A stretch of DNA of 64,000 nt from a phage, in sequence record PX393109.1. One strand, given 5' to 3'. The position numbers and the translations under genes were made by a program. The notes under the pieces are model-generated. The model made no database searches. It saw only the letters and a list, made by a program, of their open reading frames with translations, and had not been told where the DNA came from. Below are positions 26,066 through 35,815 of the stretch, in pieces (within the stretch, counting starts at the first letter, position 1; each line of letters starts with the position of its first letter).

Positions 26066-26269
26066 ATGATGGATATTGAGCAACTAACTAAGGATCTTAA
26101 TCGTAACCAGATTACGGTTATTCGTTCGGAGCACTTAGCTCCCAAGACTATGATCGTGTCTGATGATATCTGGGGCACATTCAAGAATAATAATAATAAT
26201 AATAATAATAATGCTACTGTAGAAGCTACAGATGAAGAATCTGTTAAGAACATGCTGGAGCATCCGTAA
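26066..26269 (+). CDS. hypothetical protein with poly-Asn tract
   Basis: Start MMDIEQ with SD GAGGA; contains the (AAT)9 repeat. Confidence 0.5.
   Translation: MMDIEQLTKDLNRNQITVIRSEHLAPKTMIVSDDIWGTFKNNNNNNNNNATVEATDEESVKNMLEHP
26185..26211 (+). repeat. (AAT)9 trinucleotide microsatellite
   Basis: aataataataataataataataataat, in frame, encoding N9. Confidence 0.9.
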
Positions 26270-26892
26270 TGATCCTTGGTAAATCTTATATTGAGCAGGC
26301 AATTACTCAAGGATTATGGACCTATCACAGTTATCTGGACAATCAGGAACCACGAATCGGACAGAATAGTGTAGATGTACGCTTAGCTCCGTTCTTCCTG
26401 GTTCCTCAAAAGATGCCTGATGGCCATGTAGTAGATCCCTATAAACCATGTACTCTTCCGGAGTATCGCGAGGTAGAGGCACTATACTACGATCTTAAAC
26501 CTGGGGAGTTCATCTTAGGCTCAGCATCTGAACGTATCGACTGTACTACCATGTTGCCTGAGAAGTGGTTCGAGCATTATGACCCACGATACCGTAACAG
26601 CACTGTAGACCGTGGTGTGGCATTCTGTCAGCATTACGACGGTCGCAGCACTATGGGTCGTCTGGGAATACTGAGCCATGTCAGTGCAGGTTTCGGGGAC
26701 TTTGGATTCAAGGGAGCATTTACTCTAGAGATTGTTAACCTAAGCCCTAACACTATCCGACTGCGTTCTAACATGCGCATCGGTCAGATTTACTTTACTG
26801 AGGTTGCTGGTGGTGGCTACGACCTTTACAAAGGTTACGACCAGACTGACTTTAAACCAGTCGCACCAATCATAGGTCGCGATCGTTTCTAA
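26269..26892 (+). CDS. dCTP deaminase-like protein (dUTPase-fold)
   Basis: VDVRL and DGRSTMGRLGI...LEIVN...IRL..NMRIGQIYF align with Dcd motifs. Confidence 0.6.
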   Translation: MILGKSYIEQAITQGLWTYHSYLDNQEPRIGQNSVDVRLAPFFLVPQKMPDGHVVDPYKPCTLPEYREVEALYYDLKPGEFILGSASERIDCTTMLPEKWFEHYDPRYRNSTVDRGVAFCQHYDGRSTMGRLGILSHVSAGFGDFGFKGAFTLEIVNLSPNTIRLRSNMRIGQIYFTEVAGGGYDLYKGYDQTDFKPVAPIIGRDRF

Positions 26893-26904
26893 TTAGGAGA
26901 AATT

Positions 26905-27282
26905 ATGTACAACGCATTCAACGGACCTCATCCAGAGGCTCTGCCGGTAATCGACGAAGCTAATCTGGTAAAGCGCTTCCGCGAGAGCTATGCTAGCCAG
27001 GTTGATTTAAAACAAATCATAGTTCTGGCATGTAATCAGCGTAAAGCTGCTATCCAGGATAAAATCGACCAGTTAAATAAGGCCAAAGTTCGTTTAATCG
27101 ACAGTCTGGCTGGTGAAGGTACTAAGTTGGGTGCGGCTGATATTAGCGACCAGGTCAGAGGCATGGTCGCAGATACCAATAATCTCCAATCGTTAATCAA
27201 AGAGATTGACGACTCGGTGAACATGGTATTCTCAGCTCTGGGTGGGCTACTGGAAGAGCCCACCACAGAGAAATCTCTGTAA
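26905..27282 (+). CDS. hypothetical protein
   Basis: ORF with SD AGGAGA. Confidence 0.55.
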   Translation: MYNAFNGPHPEALPVIDEANLVKRFRESYASQVDLKQIIVLACNQRKAAIQDKIDQLNKAKVRLIDSLAGEGTKLGAADISDQVRGMVADTNNLQSLIKEIDDSVNMVFSALGGLLEEPTTEKSL

Positions 27283-27313
27283 TCCGTCACGGATGATTAA
27301 TTTGGAATGAACT

Positions 27314-27676
27314 ATGACTTCTGCCGATTGCGTAGCTATGGTCGTCTACTATGAGGCCAGGGGAGAGTCGGAACGTGGGCAGTTAGCTGTAGCCCACGTG
27401 GTACTCAACCGAGCGAAGAAATACGGTATAAGCCCATGTAAGGTAGTTAAAAACAGGAATACCTTTCCGTGGTACCGTCACATCTCTTACCAGAATATGA
27501 AAGATCCTAAATCTAAGGCATCTGCTATTCATATTGCGGCAAGAGTTAAATACAGTGAAGATCCCACATTCGGGGCTACTCACTTTCATAATGTAAAGGT
27601 TAGGCCTAACTGGAAGGGCTATAGAATGACAGCCAGAATAGGCGACCACAAGTTCTATAAGAAGGTAAAGAAATGA
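27314..27676 (+). CDS. SleB/CwlJ-like cell wall hydrolase domain protein
   Basis: VAMVVYYEARGESERGQLAVAHVVLNR matches the Hydrolase_2 N-terminal signature; no signal peptide. Confidence 0.6.
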   Translation: MTSADCVAMVVYYEARGESERGQLAVAHVVLNRAKKYGISPCKVVKNRNTFPWYRHISYQNMKDPKSKASAIHIAARVKYSEDPTFGATHFHNVKVRPNWKGYRMTARIGDHKFYKKVKK

Positions 27677-28227
27677 CTTTGAGTAATATGGATATAGACA
27701 ACCTAATCGGTATGTTGGGAGGTACAGCAGTACTCGTTCTAACAGTCCGTCCTATCGACCAGGCTGAGAGCTATGATATAGTAGTCCGAGAGTCTAGCTT
27801 TGAATTCGAGCAAGCTCTTCGTCATGCTATGCACGATCTGACTATTACCAATAACGGTATTAAGCACCGTCTACTTAAAGTGTCGATAGGTATTAAATCG
27901 TCCGATGTATTCGCTAATCCTGATATCGTAAAGACCTGGGAAATCTGCGATAATCCACACACTCCTAAGATGAACGAAGCTATCGAGCGCGACCAGCAGT
28001 ATCAAGAAGTCGTTCATCAGGCGGTAGAGCTAGTATTTTTACTTAGCAACTGCCAGACTATTTATTCAGCGTATGAAGGCAAGGTCGATATGACTCAAGA
28101 GTCGGTTCGGGAGGCCGTTCGTGTATCTCTTTTCAATATCTTATCTGGTAAGTCAGAAACCAAGATGGATGCTGAAGTAGAGAAGGTAATTAAACCATTC
28201 CGGGAATTATTTGTACGGAGTATCTGA
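27673..28227 (+). CDS. hypothetical protein
   Basis: ORF. Confidence 0.55.
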   Translation: MTLSNMDIDNLIGMLGGTAVLVLTVRPIDQAESYDIVVRESSFEFEQALRHAMHDLTITNNGIKHRLLKVSIGIKSSDVFANPDIVKTWEICDNPHTPKMNEAIERDQQYQEVVHQAVELVFLLSNCQTIYSAYEGKVDMTQESVREAVRVSLFNILSGKSETKMDAEVEKVIKPFRELFVRSI

Positions 28228-28469
28228 TGGACTTGATGAAATTAAACATCAAACTAGAGGGAGTGTGTAAGGCAGGGATAGTGAAGGTATGCTATAACTG
28301 TAAAGAGCACCCCACTCTACGTCTTGACGAGAATAACCACTTACATCTGGAGTGTCCTAACTGTAAATGGGACGACCATGAAGTGGTTACTGATTTAGAT
28401 ATGGAAGATGAAGCAGTTGCTGATCGTGAGCTGGGGCTTATGGTCGAGATGTGGAATCGTCATAACTAA
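28227..28469 (+). CDS. zinc-ribbon protein
   Basis: CYNCKEH...CPNCKW. Confidence 0.5.
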   Translation: MDLMKLNIKLEGVCKAGIVKVCYNCKEHPTLRLDENNHLHLECPNCKWDDHEVVTDLDMEDEAVADRELGLMVEMWNRHN

Positions 28470-28484
28470 ATTAATCTACACAAA

Positions 28485-28519
28485 AATGGGACTCACTCTA
28501 TCACGAGTGAGTCCCATTT
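28485..28519. terminator. Bidirectional rho-independent terminator at the strand convergence point
   Basis: aaatgggactcact-ctatcacg-agtgagtcccattt (14-bp stem) flanked by A-run and T-run. Confidence 0.8.
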
Positions 28520-28521
28520 AT

Positions 28522-28854
28522 TTAGTGCTTAAAGATGCCGATGATGGCGTCGTTAAACAATCCTACCAGTACACTAATAATTGCTAACGCACCACTCCAG
28601 AATTTAATCTTGTCATTTACTTCCTTAATCTCCTTCCTTAGATCATCCTGCTCATCTTCAAGGTCAGAAATCTTCTTAGACATGAAATTCTGTGCAACGA
28701 CTAGCTCACGGATATCCGCTAATATCTCCGTCTGCTTACGAGAAGACTCCATAAGTTGATCAAGGATTACTCCCTGAAACTTCTGGTTAGATTCAAGTCT
28801 CGCTAGCCTATCGAGTTGGTGTCCACCGAACTCAGACTCTTCCCTCTCGCGCAT
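28522..28854 (-). CDS. coiled-coil protein with C-terminal TM (lysis-associated?)
   Basis: Charged helical region followed by GALAIISVLVGLFNDAIIGIF; last gene of the - strand array. Confidence 0.5.
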   Translation of the reverse strand: MREREESEFGGHQLDRLARLESNQKFQGVILDQLMESSRKQTEILADIRELVVAQNFMSKKISDLEDEQDDLRKEIKEVNDKIKFWSGALAIISVLVGLFNDAIIGIFKH

Positions 28855-28864
28855 ACAAGATTCC

Positions 28865-29074
28865 TCACTTCTGATTGCTCTCTAGGCAATCTATATAAGA
28901 TACCAATTTAGCTAATTCAGCGTTAGGAATCCTGATCCCGTCTTTTTCCGCTATCGCTGCTATCGGTGGACGGTCGCACCTTACCTTCGGCGTCTGCATC
29001 TGTACCGGTAGGCTGTTGCAGCTTACCAAACTTAGACTCCCAAGCACCAGTAGGGTCATTTTTAATTTCTTCAT
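28865..29074 (-). CDS. o-spanin-like outer-membrane lipoprotein
   Basis: Signal plus lipobox LSLVSC; short Pro/Cys-containing mature part; located after the endolysin. Confidence 0.55.
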   Translation of the reverse strand: MKKLKMTLLVLGSLSLVSCNSLPVQMQTPKVRCDRPPIAAIAEKDGIRIPNAELAKLVSYIDCLESNQK

Positions 29075-29153
29075 CTTTCTTCTCCCGAGAGCGAGTCTGC
29101 ATAGCAGATACGAGTAGGGTAATAAGCTGAAGAATAAGAGTAAGAGCTTTCAT
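28923..29153 (-). CDS. possible i-spanin-like ORF overlapping the o-spanin in another frame
   Basis: N-terminal TM ALTLILQLITLLVSAM; atypically short, no clear coiled coil. Confidence 0.25.
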   Translation of the reverse strand: MKALTLILQLITLLVSAMQTRSREKKDEEIKNDPTGAWESKFGKLQQPTGTDADAEGKVRPSTDSSDSGKRRDQDS

Positions 29154-29156
29154 ACC

Positions 29157-29573
29157 TTACTCCTTTTTACCCTCTGGATTTTTGATCAGAGACTTACCGT
29201 AATCAAGGGCATCAATAGCCTGGGTAGCCTTACTCACTAGGTGCGGATCATCCTGAGTTTGGACTACGTCGGAAAGAACCTGCTTAGCTTTATCCATGGT
29301 CTGCACTTTCTGCTCATCCTGAGCGGCAGCTTTCTTATCTACCCTGGCAGCTGATTTAGGCAAGTTCAGAGCGACGAAGTTTAAGATGGACGATGCATAA
29401 CCGAGGTATTTCTTAATTACCCCAATGTATTCGTCGTCTTTAGTATTAGGAGTGATCTTAGCGATCTTCTCCAGAGCTTGCACCAGCACTGATGCGAAGC
29501 CGATGATGGCTAGTGCAAGAGCGATGTAATCATCGATCTTGGATCCATCAAGTACATCCAGGATATTGTCCAT
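29157..29573 (-). CDS. membrane protein, holin or i-spanin candidate
   Basis: TM YIALALAIIGFASVLVQAL followed by a charged helical C-terminal domain; immediately downstream of the endolysin. Confidence 0.5.
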   Translation of the reverse strand: MDNILDVLDGSKIDDYIALALAIIGFASVLVQALEKIAKITPNTKDDEYIGVIKKYLGYASSILNFVALNLPKSAARVDKKAAAQDEQKVQTMDKAKQVLSDVVQTQDDPHLVSKATQAIDALDYGKSLIKNPEGKKE

Positions 29574-29587
29574 TATTGATCACCATA

Positions 29588-30235
29588 TTAAAGAGTTAAA
29601 GTCTGATTTGCTCTGCGTAGTACAGGCAGTCGGTCAGGTACGGTCGCAGCAGACCCATTTATCTTCTGGGTTACTTTGGTGAATGCGTCCTGATCTGCTA
29701 ATTGATTTAATTTATTTTTATCCCAGAACCACCCTGCAGTAAGCATGATCGTTTCGAAATCCGTCTCTACTAACTCTGGATCTTCTACCAAACGGTCATC
29801 GCCAAAGATACTCAAAGAGGCCTCTCGATAGTTAGCTTTGCCAGTTAGATGCATAGCTCCACGGCCAATGTACTTATACCCATCTCCGCTAGCTGGAGTT
29901 CCGTTACCCATGCGATTAGCATACACCTGATTGGCTAACTTCTCAGGGTCGCGTATGTAAGCATTAGCATTAAGCTTACCAGGTTCACCGCGAAGAGTAA
30001 ATCTACTCGGCCACACAGCTACCAGACGAGACGCAGAGGTATAATACAGGGACTCCACAAACTTAGTGTAGTCCCGAGTTTCAAAGGCAGTCTGCGCCAT
30101 AAAATAGCGCAGACGACGATTGGTATTGATACCGTAACGCTCGATAGTAGTATTAATGGCGGGTAGCAGCTTTTCCAGCACTTCCGTTGAAGTTGTCGGG
30201 AGGAACTTCTTCAGCTGGTCAAGTGTAACGCTCAT
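29588..30235 (-). CDS. endolysin, glycoside hydrolase family 19-like
   Basis: YFMAQTAFET...DGYKYIGRGAMHLTGKANY matches GH19 endolysin motifs. Confidence 0.8.
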   Translation of the reverse strand: MSVTLDQLKKFLPTTSTEVLEKLLPAINTTIERYGINTNRRLRYFMAQTAFETRDYTKFVESLYYTSASRLVAVWPSRFTLRGEPGKLNANAYIRDPEKLANQVYANRMGNGTPASGDGYKYIGRGAMHLTGKANYREASLSIFGDDRLVEDPELVETDFETIMLTAGWFWDKNKLNQLADQDAFTKVTQKINGSAATVPDRLPVLRRANQTLTL

Positions 30236-30259
30236 ATTATACCCCTACCTAGTTAAGGC

Positions 30260-30436
30260 TCACTTCTGAGCCTGTTTTCTCTGGAGAGCCACCTGTAGTG
30301 ACTCTATTTCGACCCATCCCTGGCCATCGAATCTCCATCTTTTACCCTGCAAAGACTGGAAGATTGAGTTTACCGGCGCTACTGCCGGTATTTCTGTTTC
30401 GAATCCAGTCTTGAACCATGGTTCGTTGCTAGACAT
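30260..30436 (-). CDS. small hypothetical protein (58 aa)
   Basis: ATG with SD AAGGAG between the tail fibre gene and endolysin; no TM. Confidence 0.3.
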   Translation of the reverse strand: MSSNEPWFKTGFETEIPAVAPVNSIFQSLQGKRWRFDGQGWVEIESLQVALQRKQAQK

Positions 30437-30445
30437 GTTTACTCC

Positions 30446-33400
30446 TTAACTAAAGTATGCGCGAACGTTCTTAACGAACGGACGGTTAACTGGGTTGGAT
30501 AGAGACAGGGTGATACGGATGCGGGTATTAGCCACATTTACTCCTGACAGTTTGTAAGGTACAGTGTACCACCCATCTCCCAGAGCGGTTCCGGTACTCC
30601 CTGACAAGGCTACCCATTCGCTATCCTTCTGGTACTGAACGGTTACGCTAGCACCAGATGGTACATACTGATCCAGGATGACGTTAAGAGTTACCGGAGT
30701 AATGTTACCGTTAGGGATACTGAACTGACGCTGGGTATATACCCCAGGAGTATCAGTAGTACCAGAACGGAAGATGACGCCACCGAAGACCTTCGGAGAT
30801 ACGGTAGGATCACCGGTATTAAACTCAGCCATCAGACTGAAAGTACCAGAGAAGTTCTCAGTATACGTTTCAGAGTTAACGTTGAGGTTAATGTTATCAG
30901 TACCGTTAGTGAGATAGAATCTCACGGAGGTATTTGCCGGAGTCTCAATATCAGCAGTAAGCGAAAGACTGTTGGTATTGCTAGCTACCGTTACAGAACC
31001 CAAGTTAACAGTGCGAGTAGAACTATAGTCAGCAGCATGGAGACGATACACCAAGTCTTCATCCTGAACTGGAGACCAGGTAGATTCGTTCGCAGAAGTC
31101 AGAAGAACACCCTGAGCTGGCTGATTCACTACATACTGCTGCTTATCGGGATCATATCCGTTTATCTTAGCTGTGGCTACCTTACCCTGATAGTTAGCCG
31201 TAGCAACTATGATGGCATACTCAGTACCACCAGTCACTGTTACTGGATAACGAAGATTGATCTTGTTCCACCCCAGTACACACTTATTAGCCGGAACTTC
31301 ACCGAAGCCATAAAGCTGAGTGGAGTTAGGGATACCTACCAAAGTAGGGACCAGTTTAATCTGGAGTGTGTTAGTAGGCAGCTCAGTCAGATAGATAGAT
31401 ACTGCGTTAATATCACGAGTAGCCTGGATAGTGAAGGTCTGAGCCACTGGATCGTAACCCCACGGAACAGCACCACCAGTCCAGTTCTGACCGTAGTCGA
31501 CTTTACCAGAGTTGTAGATGGTTACGGTACCGCGAGTAATAGCCTTAGTGGTCTTACCAGTAGCAACATACTGATACGTACCGTTAACCAAACCACCAGA
31601 CAGCATATGAGCATACTGTACAGCACCGTTATCATCCGCAGTCAAGGTAACCACTGGCAGGTTACGGAAAGTAAGATCAATCTGTTCGTTGGCAGCATAC
31701 CCAGATAGCTTAATCGTGATCGTAGTATCTACCGGCAGAAAGCCACCATGGAAGTACGACCAGAAGCTACGAGTATCGATCTTAGCTGGTGAAACAGAGA
31801 TCATCGCCTGAGGTACCTGACCAGACCCAGCATACGGGTTGATGCGGGTGTCCTTAGTACGGAATTCCTGAGACTGAATTACGGTATCAGTGAATGATAA
31901 CATAATACCATCAGGAGCCAGACTGGACTGCCGTGAGAAAGATGCTCCGATGAACAGCTGACCATCATCGATAATGGCGTTGTTGGTTAATCCAGCATCA
32001 CGCATGTTACCGTTAAGCAGGGAGTCAACTACTACACCTTTCTTAGTCGTAGTCGGATCGGTAGAGCGAGTTTCATCACGGAGCGAAAGCTGGGCGATGT
32101 TGTACTGCATGTCGCTTACCAGAGACATCAGATCTTTTAGCTCATTATAAGTAACCACTTCGATGCGGTCATTGTTAATGACCGGATCTTGACCCTTAGT
32201 CAGACGAACAGTTGCGATAGACAGCAACGTAGCTGAAGTACCTGGTAACTGAGCGTTTGCCAAGATTGCCGGAATACCCTTAGTGATCTGAACCGCACCA
32301 GAGGCATCGATAGATACACGGTCATAGCGAGACAGGAAGTAAGAGTAGGTTACGTAGAACGTAGACCCAGATACCAGAGCATCACTGGTGGAAATAGTTA
32401 TGGAGGTATCGTTCCAGGTCGGGATGAACTGATCAATGTACTGATACGTAACCTGGTAAGTAGAACCAGGAGATGGTTCGTTACCAGTAGGTGACCAGTC
32501 TACAGAGTCCCCGTTCTGTACATAGTCACTACCTTTAACATAGACAGTACCACCCTGCTGTACAGAAATAATCTGCAGAACAGGAGTATCCGGAAGTAAG
32601 TCAGACGAACCCGTTGCGGAACCATGAGTCACCGTACGAGTCACCTGCTTAGTACCGGATACAGCAGTTACCTGATCAATTACAGAGTAGCGCAGTTGAT
32701 AGGTGTAAGTACCTGCTGTAAACACGTATGGCTCTGAAGCTACGTTACCAGTATCGTTGATAGGGTCCAGACGCACGGTACTTTCATAGGCGAACAGTGC
32801 TTCGTTTCCGAGTACACGAGCCTTGCCCGCAGACATGTTCAACATAATCTGCTGGGTAGAGCCATCGATGCCTGCATAGGACAGAGTTAATCCGTCCAGA
32901 ACATAGTTACCGTGAGTATCAGAATCGTAGCGACCAAGAAGACCAGAGAACTGGTCGAGATCATTACGAGACTTGGTGGTCTTAACCAGTACGCCATTCT
33001 TGAAATAGAATACTGGGAAGAAGGTATCTCCTTCTGGAACATCATCGGCCAACAGCCAAGTAGTTACCTTCTGGAGACGGTCAGCACCAGCTGAACCATA
33101 GCTCGGAGAGTTCTGATACTGCATGAGGAGCTCAGGATCTTCGAGATAGGTGATTACCTTATCAGAGATAGATACACCTAAAACAGCCTCACCAGCAGTA
33201 GGAAACGATGCATCCGTAACAGCAGGTACATTCATAGCCATACCGGCATAGATTAGCGTACCTTCGGTTATAGAGATTACACCGTCTCCAAGAGCGGAAA
33301 TATCCGCCCCATCAGTAATGGCACCATCACCGACCAAGAAGCCGGACAGTGTAGAGACGTTATTGAGCTGCTGATCCTGAATTTCGTTTAGCTCCGAGCT

Positions 33401-33490
33401 CTGGAGCGGCCTGTCCGCGATAAACAGATGCTTGGCGTAGTTCTTCTTAGCCGCAAATCTGTTAAAGTAATCAGACGGTAAAGTTGCCAT
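30446..33490 (-). CDS. large tail fibre / tailspike protein (1014 aa)
   Basis: Ser/Thr/Gly-rich beta-type composition; sits in the receptor-binding-protein locus. Confidence 0.6.
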   Translation of the reverse strand: MATLPSDYFNRFAAKKNYAKHLFIADRPLQSSELNEIQDQQLNNVSTLSGFLVGDGAITDGADISALGDGVISITEGTLIYAGMAMNVPAVTDASFPTAGEAVLGVSISDKVITYLEDPELLMQYQNSPSYGSAGADRLQKVTTWLLADDVPEGDTFFPVFYFKNGVLVKTTKSRNDLDQFSGLLGRYDSDTHGNYVLDGLTLSYAGIDGSTQQIMLNMSAGKARVLGNEALFAYESTVRLDPINDTGNVASEPYVFTAGTYTYQLRYSVIDQVTAVSGTKQVTRTVTHGSATGSSDLLPDTPVLQIISVQQGGTVYVKGSDYVQNGDSVDWSPTGNEPSPGSTYQVTYQYIDQFIPTWNDTSITISTSDALVSGSTFYVTYSYFLSRYDRVSIDASGAVQITKGIPAILANAQLPGTSATLLSIATVRLTKGQDPVINNDRIEVVTYNELKDLMSLVSDMQYNIAQLSLRDETRSTDPTTTKKGVVVDSLLNGNMRDAGLTNNAIIDDGQLFIGASFSRQSSLAPDGIMLSFTDTVIQSQEFRTKDTRINPYAGSGQVPQAMISVSPAKIDTRSFWSYFHGGFLPVDTTITIKLSGYAANEQIDLTFRNLPVVTLTADDNGAVQYAHMLSGGLVNGTYQYVATGKTTKAITRGTVTIYNSGKVDYGQNWTGGAVPWGYDPVAQTFTIQATRDINAVSIYLTELPTNTLQIKLVPTLVGIPNSTQLYGFGEVPANKCVLGWNKINLRYPVTVTGGTEYAIIVATANYQGKVATAKINGYDPDKQQYVVNQPAQGVLLTSANESTWSPVQDEDLVYRLHAADYSSTRTVNLGSVTVASNTNSLSLTADIETPANTSVRFYLTNGTDNINLNVNSETYTENFSGTFSLMAEFNTGDPTVSPKVFGGVIFRSGTTDTPGVYTQRQFSIPNGNITPVTLNVILDQYVPSGASVTVQYQKDSEWVALSGSTGTALGDGWYTVPYKLSGVNVANTRIRITLSLSNPVNRPFVKNVRAYFS

Positions 33491-33501
33491 TTATTACTCC
33501 A

Positions 33502-34323
33502 TTAGAACGTGAGGATGACAGAATGACCTTCGCGGGTAGTGGACTCACGAATAATTAGGGTGTGGTTCTCGATCCCGAGCATCTCTCCCTTGTCCTTAAT
33601 CATGTCTGGGGTTAGGTAAAGAGAATTCTCATTACCACTCGTGGGTACAGTTCCGATGAAGATAGCGAACTGATAGATCATGTCATCCGCAGCATCAGTA
33701 TAGTTAAACTGAACATGCAGATACAGATGCTTAGTTGGCTTATCGGAGATAGACCACTTCCCTTCTGACGTTTCGATGGTACCGTTAGGATCCGGTTTCA
33801 CATATTCCTTGGTGAGGATCTTACGACGTCCGACTTCAGCATACAGATCAGGCAGCGTCGGGTCCGGATTAGGTGCAGGTTTAGTCCATGCAGACGGGAA
33901 TGTAGTGTTCGTCGTAGGAGGATTAACCTTGCTATCTGGAGTAGTGCTACCATTGTCAGTAAAGCTATTGGAAGTAGACTCACCAATTTTATCATAGGAG
34001 TTGGCACCCTGGCGATAGATGATGTATTTCTCAGCATTCGCAGATGCACCCCAGTTTAACTGAATAGACTGCTGAGAAGCCGAAGCAACGATAGTAGCAG
34101 TGGCTGCCATGGAGGCAGTAGTTTCACCGAATTTGTTAGCTGCAGTAACCACATAGGTATACGTGGCGGGATTTAGAGTACCCCCATCTACCGCGGAGGC
34201 AGACAGGGTTTCTGGAGCAGCTACAGCATCAGGGATGGTACCCCATGCAAAGTGCAGAGTCGCATCATGCACTGTTTTAGCTAAAGCGATGTGGCCACTT
34301 TCGGCCAATACCATAAAGGACAT
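33502..34323 (-). CDS. structural protein with FN3/Ig-like domain
   Basis: YTYVVTAANKFGETTAS...NAEKYIIYRQ resembles a fibronectin type III repeat. Confidence 0.5.
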   Translation of the reverse strand: MSFMVLAESGHIALAKTVHDATLHFAWGTIPDAVAAPETLSASAVDGGTLNPATYTYVVTAANKFGETTASMAATATIVASASQQSIQLNWGASANAEKYIIYRQGANSYDKIGESTSNSFTDNGSTTPDSKVNPPTTNTTFPSAWTKPAPNPDPTLPDLYAEVGRRKILTKEYVKPDPNGTIETSEGKWSISDKPTKHLYLHVQFNYTDAADDMIYQFAIFIGTVPTSGNENSLYLTPDMIKDKGEMLGIENHTLIIRESTTREGHSVILTF

Positions 34324-34339
34324 AGTAGTCTCCGTTTAA

Positions 34340-35794
34340 TTAACTTGCCCAGGTACCCTGAACAGTATCCATCTCCCAGTAACCGGAGATAGCACAAACT
34401 AAGCGTAACCAGGATCCCTTATCCGAGTTGGAAATAGTGGCTTTCCCATTACGGAAGAGATCTGTACCACCAGTTTTTACTGATACGCTGTAGTTGGCAC
34501 CTACAAGAACATCATAGGTCATACCAGGAACAGCGACTGGCAGGGTAACGGTAACAGCAGAAGTGGCACCATCGGTAGTGCAGATAGCACCGGTATCAGC
34601 TGCGGTAAGAGTTACATTAGCTGTAGACGTGATGATCTTCTTAAGAGCACCAGTCATTACACCATCTACTATCTTGATGGTATCCTTACCATTCTGGGTC
34701 AGGACTACTGATCCATCGCCTTTATGGGTTACCTTAGAAGTAAGAGTAGGTCCGTGATAGTAGGTATGAATGATATCATAGCCAGTATTCACTGCATCGT
34801 ATCGAAGAATATGATCCTCTGATGCTCTCTTACCGAAGTGGTAATCGACACCTTCAACTATGGTATCTCGGTTCCATGCGTGAGTCTGGGAAGAGGCTAC
34901 CACACGATAACGAGATTCAGCTCCGCGAAGAACATGCCAGTCACGGTTAGAGTCATCGCTCATACCCGATTCCCAGATCTTAGTTCCGCTTACGCTGTAA
35001 GATACCTTAGCTCTGGCTAACCCGTTATTACTGTTAAGGTTAAGGTTAGCGTTGGACGCAGACGAGATAATTAAACCATCAGTAGAATTACTGATGAATC
35101 TCACTGCAGCCGTCCATGAACTACCGTCCCATCCAGACATATCCAGAATCTGGACACCAGGCTTGATGGTTAAATTAGCGAGGGTATACTTAACACCAGG
35201 GTCGATTATAGCCAGACCAGTGGTGATAGTGGTAAGCATATCCTGAACCTGGCCAGTAGAGTCGGTGAGTTTATCAGGAACAGCACCGAATTCAGTAGCT
35301 CGAAATTCTTTGCTACGACGGACTCTTACCCAACCATTCACTACGTCTTTACTATCAGATGCTATGGAGTCGTTTTCTGTTTTAACTCTGAACTCACCAC
35401 CACCAGGGGTACCCTCCCCGAAGTAGCCTTTCACTATCACTCTGTCCCCATCTTTAGGAGTGATAGTTTTCAGATCTTCTACAGAGTTTACCTGACCAAT
35501 GTAGCGCCAGGAAGTAGAAGACCCGAACATTGAAATAATGAAGTCTACTGCATTAGTCTGGGCGAAGATCTCGTATCCAGCTTTAAGAGTAGTTTGTTCG
35601 GCATCGGCATACGGAGTTTCACCGTCGGTGGTGTGGGGGATATCCCCCACCCACTTAACCAACACCTTCTTACCATCAGTGCGCACAAATCTGAGAATGC
35701 AGTGGTTACCGTTTAGATAGATACCAGCCGCATAGTCACCTTTGTACTTAAGGCTGCTTAACTGCAGACTATCTGGCAATTGGGTGGACATCAA
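34340..35794 (-). CDS. tail fibre / tailspike protein (484 aa)
   Basis: In the receptor-binding locus; Gly/Ser/Thr-rich. Confidence 0.55.
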   Translation of the reverse strand: MMSTQLPDSLQLSSLKYKGDYAAGIYLNGNHCILRFVRTDGKKVLVKWVGDIPHTTDGETPYADAEQTTLKAGYEIFAQTNAVDFIISMFGSSTSWRYIGQVNSVEDLKTITPKDGDRVIVKGYFGEGTPGGGEFRVKTENDSIASDSKDVVNGWVRVRRSKEFRATEFGAVPDKLTDSTGQVQDMLTTITTGLAIIDPGVKYTLANLTIKPGVQILDMSGWDGSSWTAAVRFISNSTDGLIISSASNANLNLNSNNGLARAKVSYSVSGTKIWESGMSDDSNRDWHVLRGAESRYRVVASSQTHAWNRDTIVEGVDYHFGKRASEDHILRYDAVNTGYDIIHTYYHGPTLTSKVTHKGDGSVVLTQNGKDTIKIVDGVMTGALKKIITSTANVTLTAADTGAICTTDGATSAVTVTLPVAVPGMTYDVLVGANYSVSVKTGGTDLFRNGKATISNSDKGSWLRLVCAISGYWEMDTVQGTWAS

Positions 35795-35815
35795 GAATCT
35801 CCTCAGTTTAATCTA

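Noticed and set aside
28854-28865. Shared peptide LESNQK at the o-spanin C-terminus and the N-terminus of the next protein
   Set aside because: Six-residue match only; most likely coincidence rather than evidence of duplication or frameshift fusion.
31037-31708. 223-aa + strand ORF inside the 1014-aa tail fibre gene
   Set aside because: Antisense to a long, well-supported - strand structural gene; no start context; typical shadow ORF.
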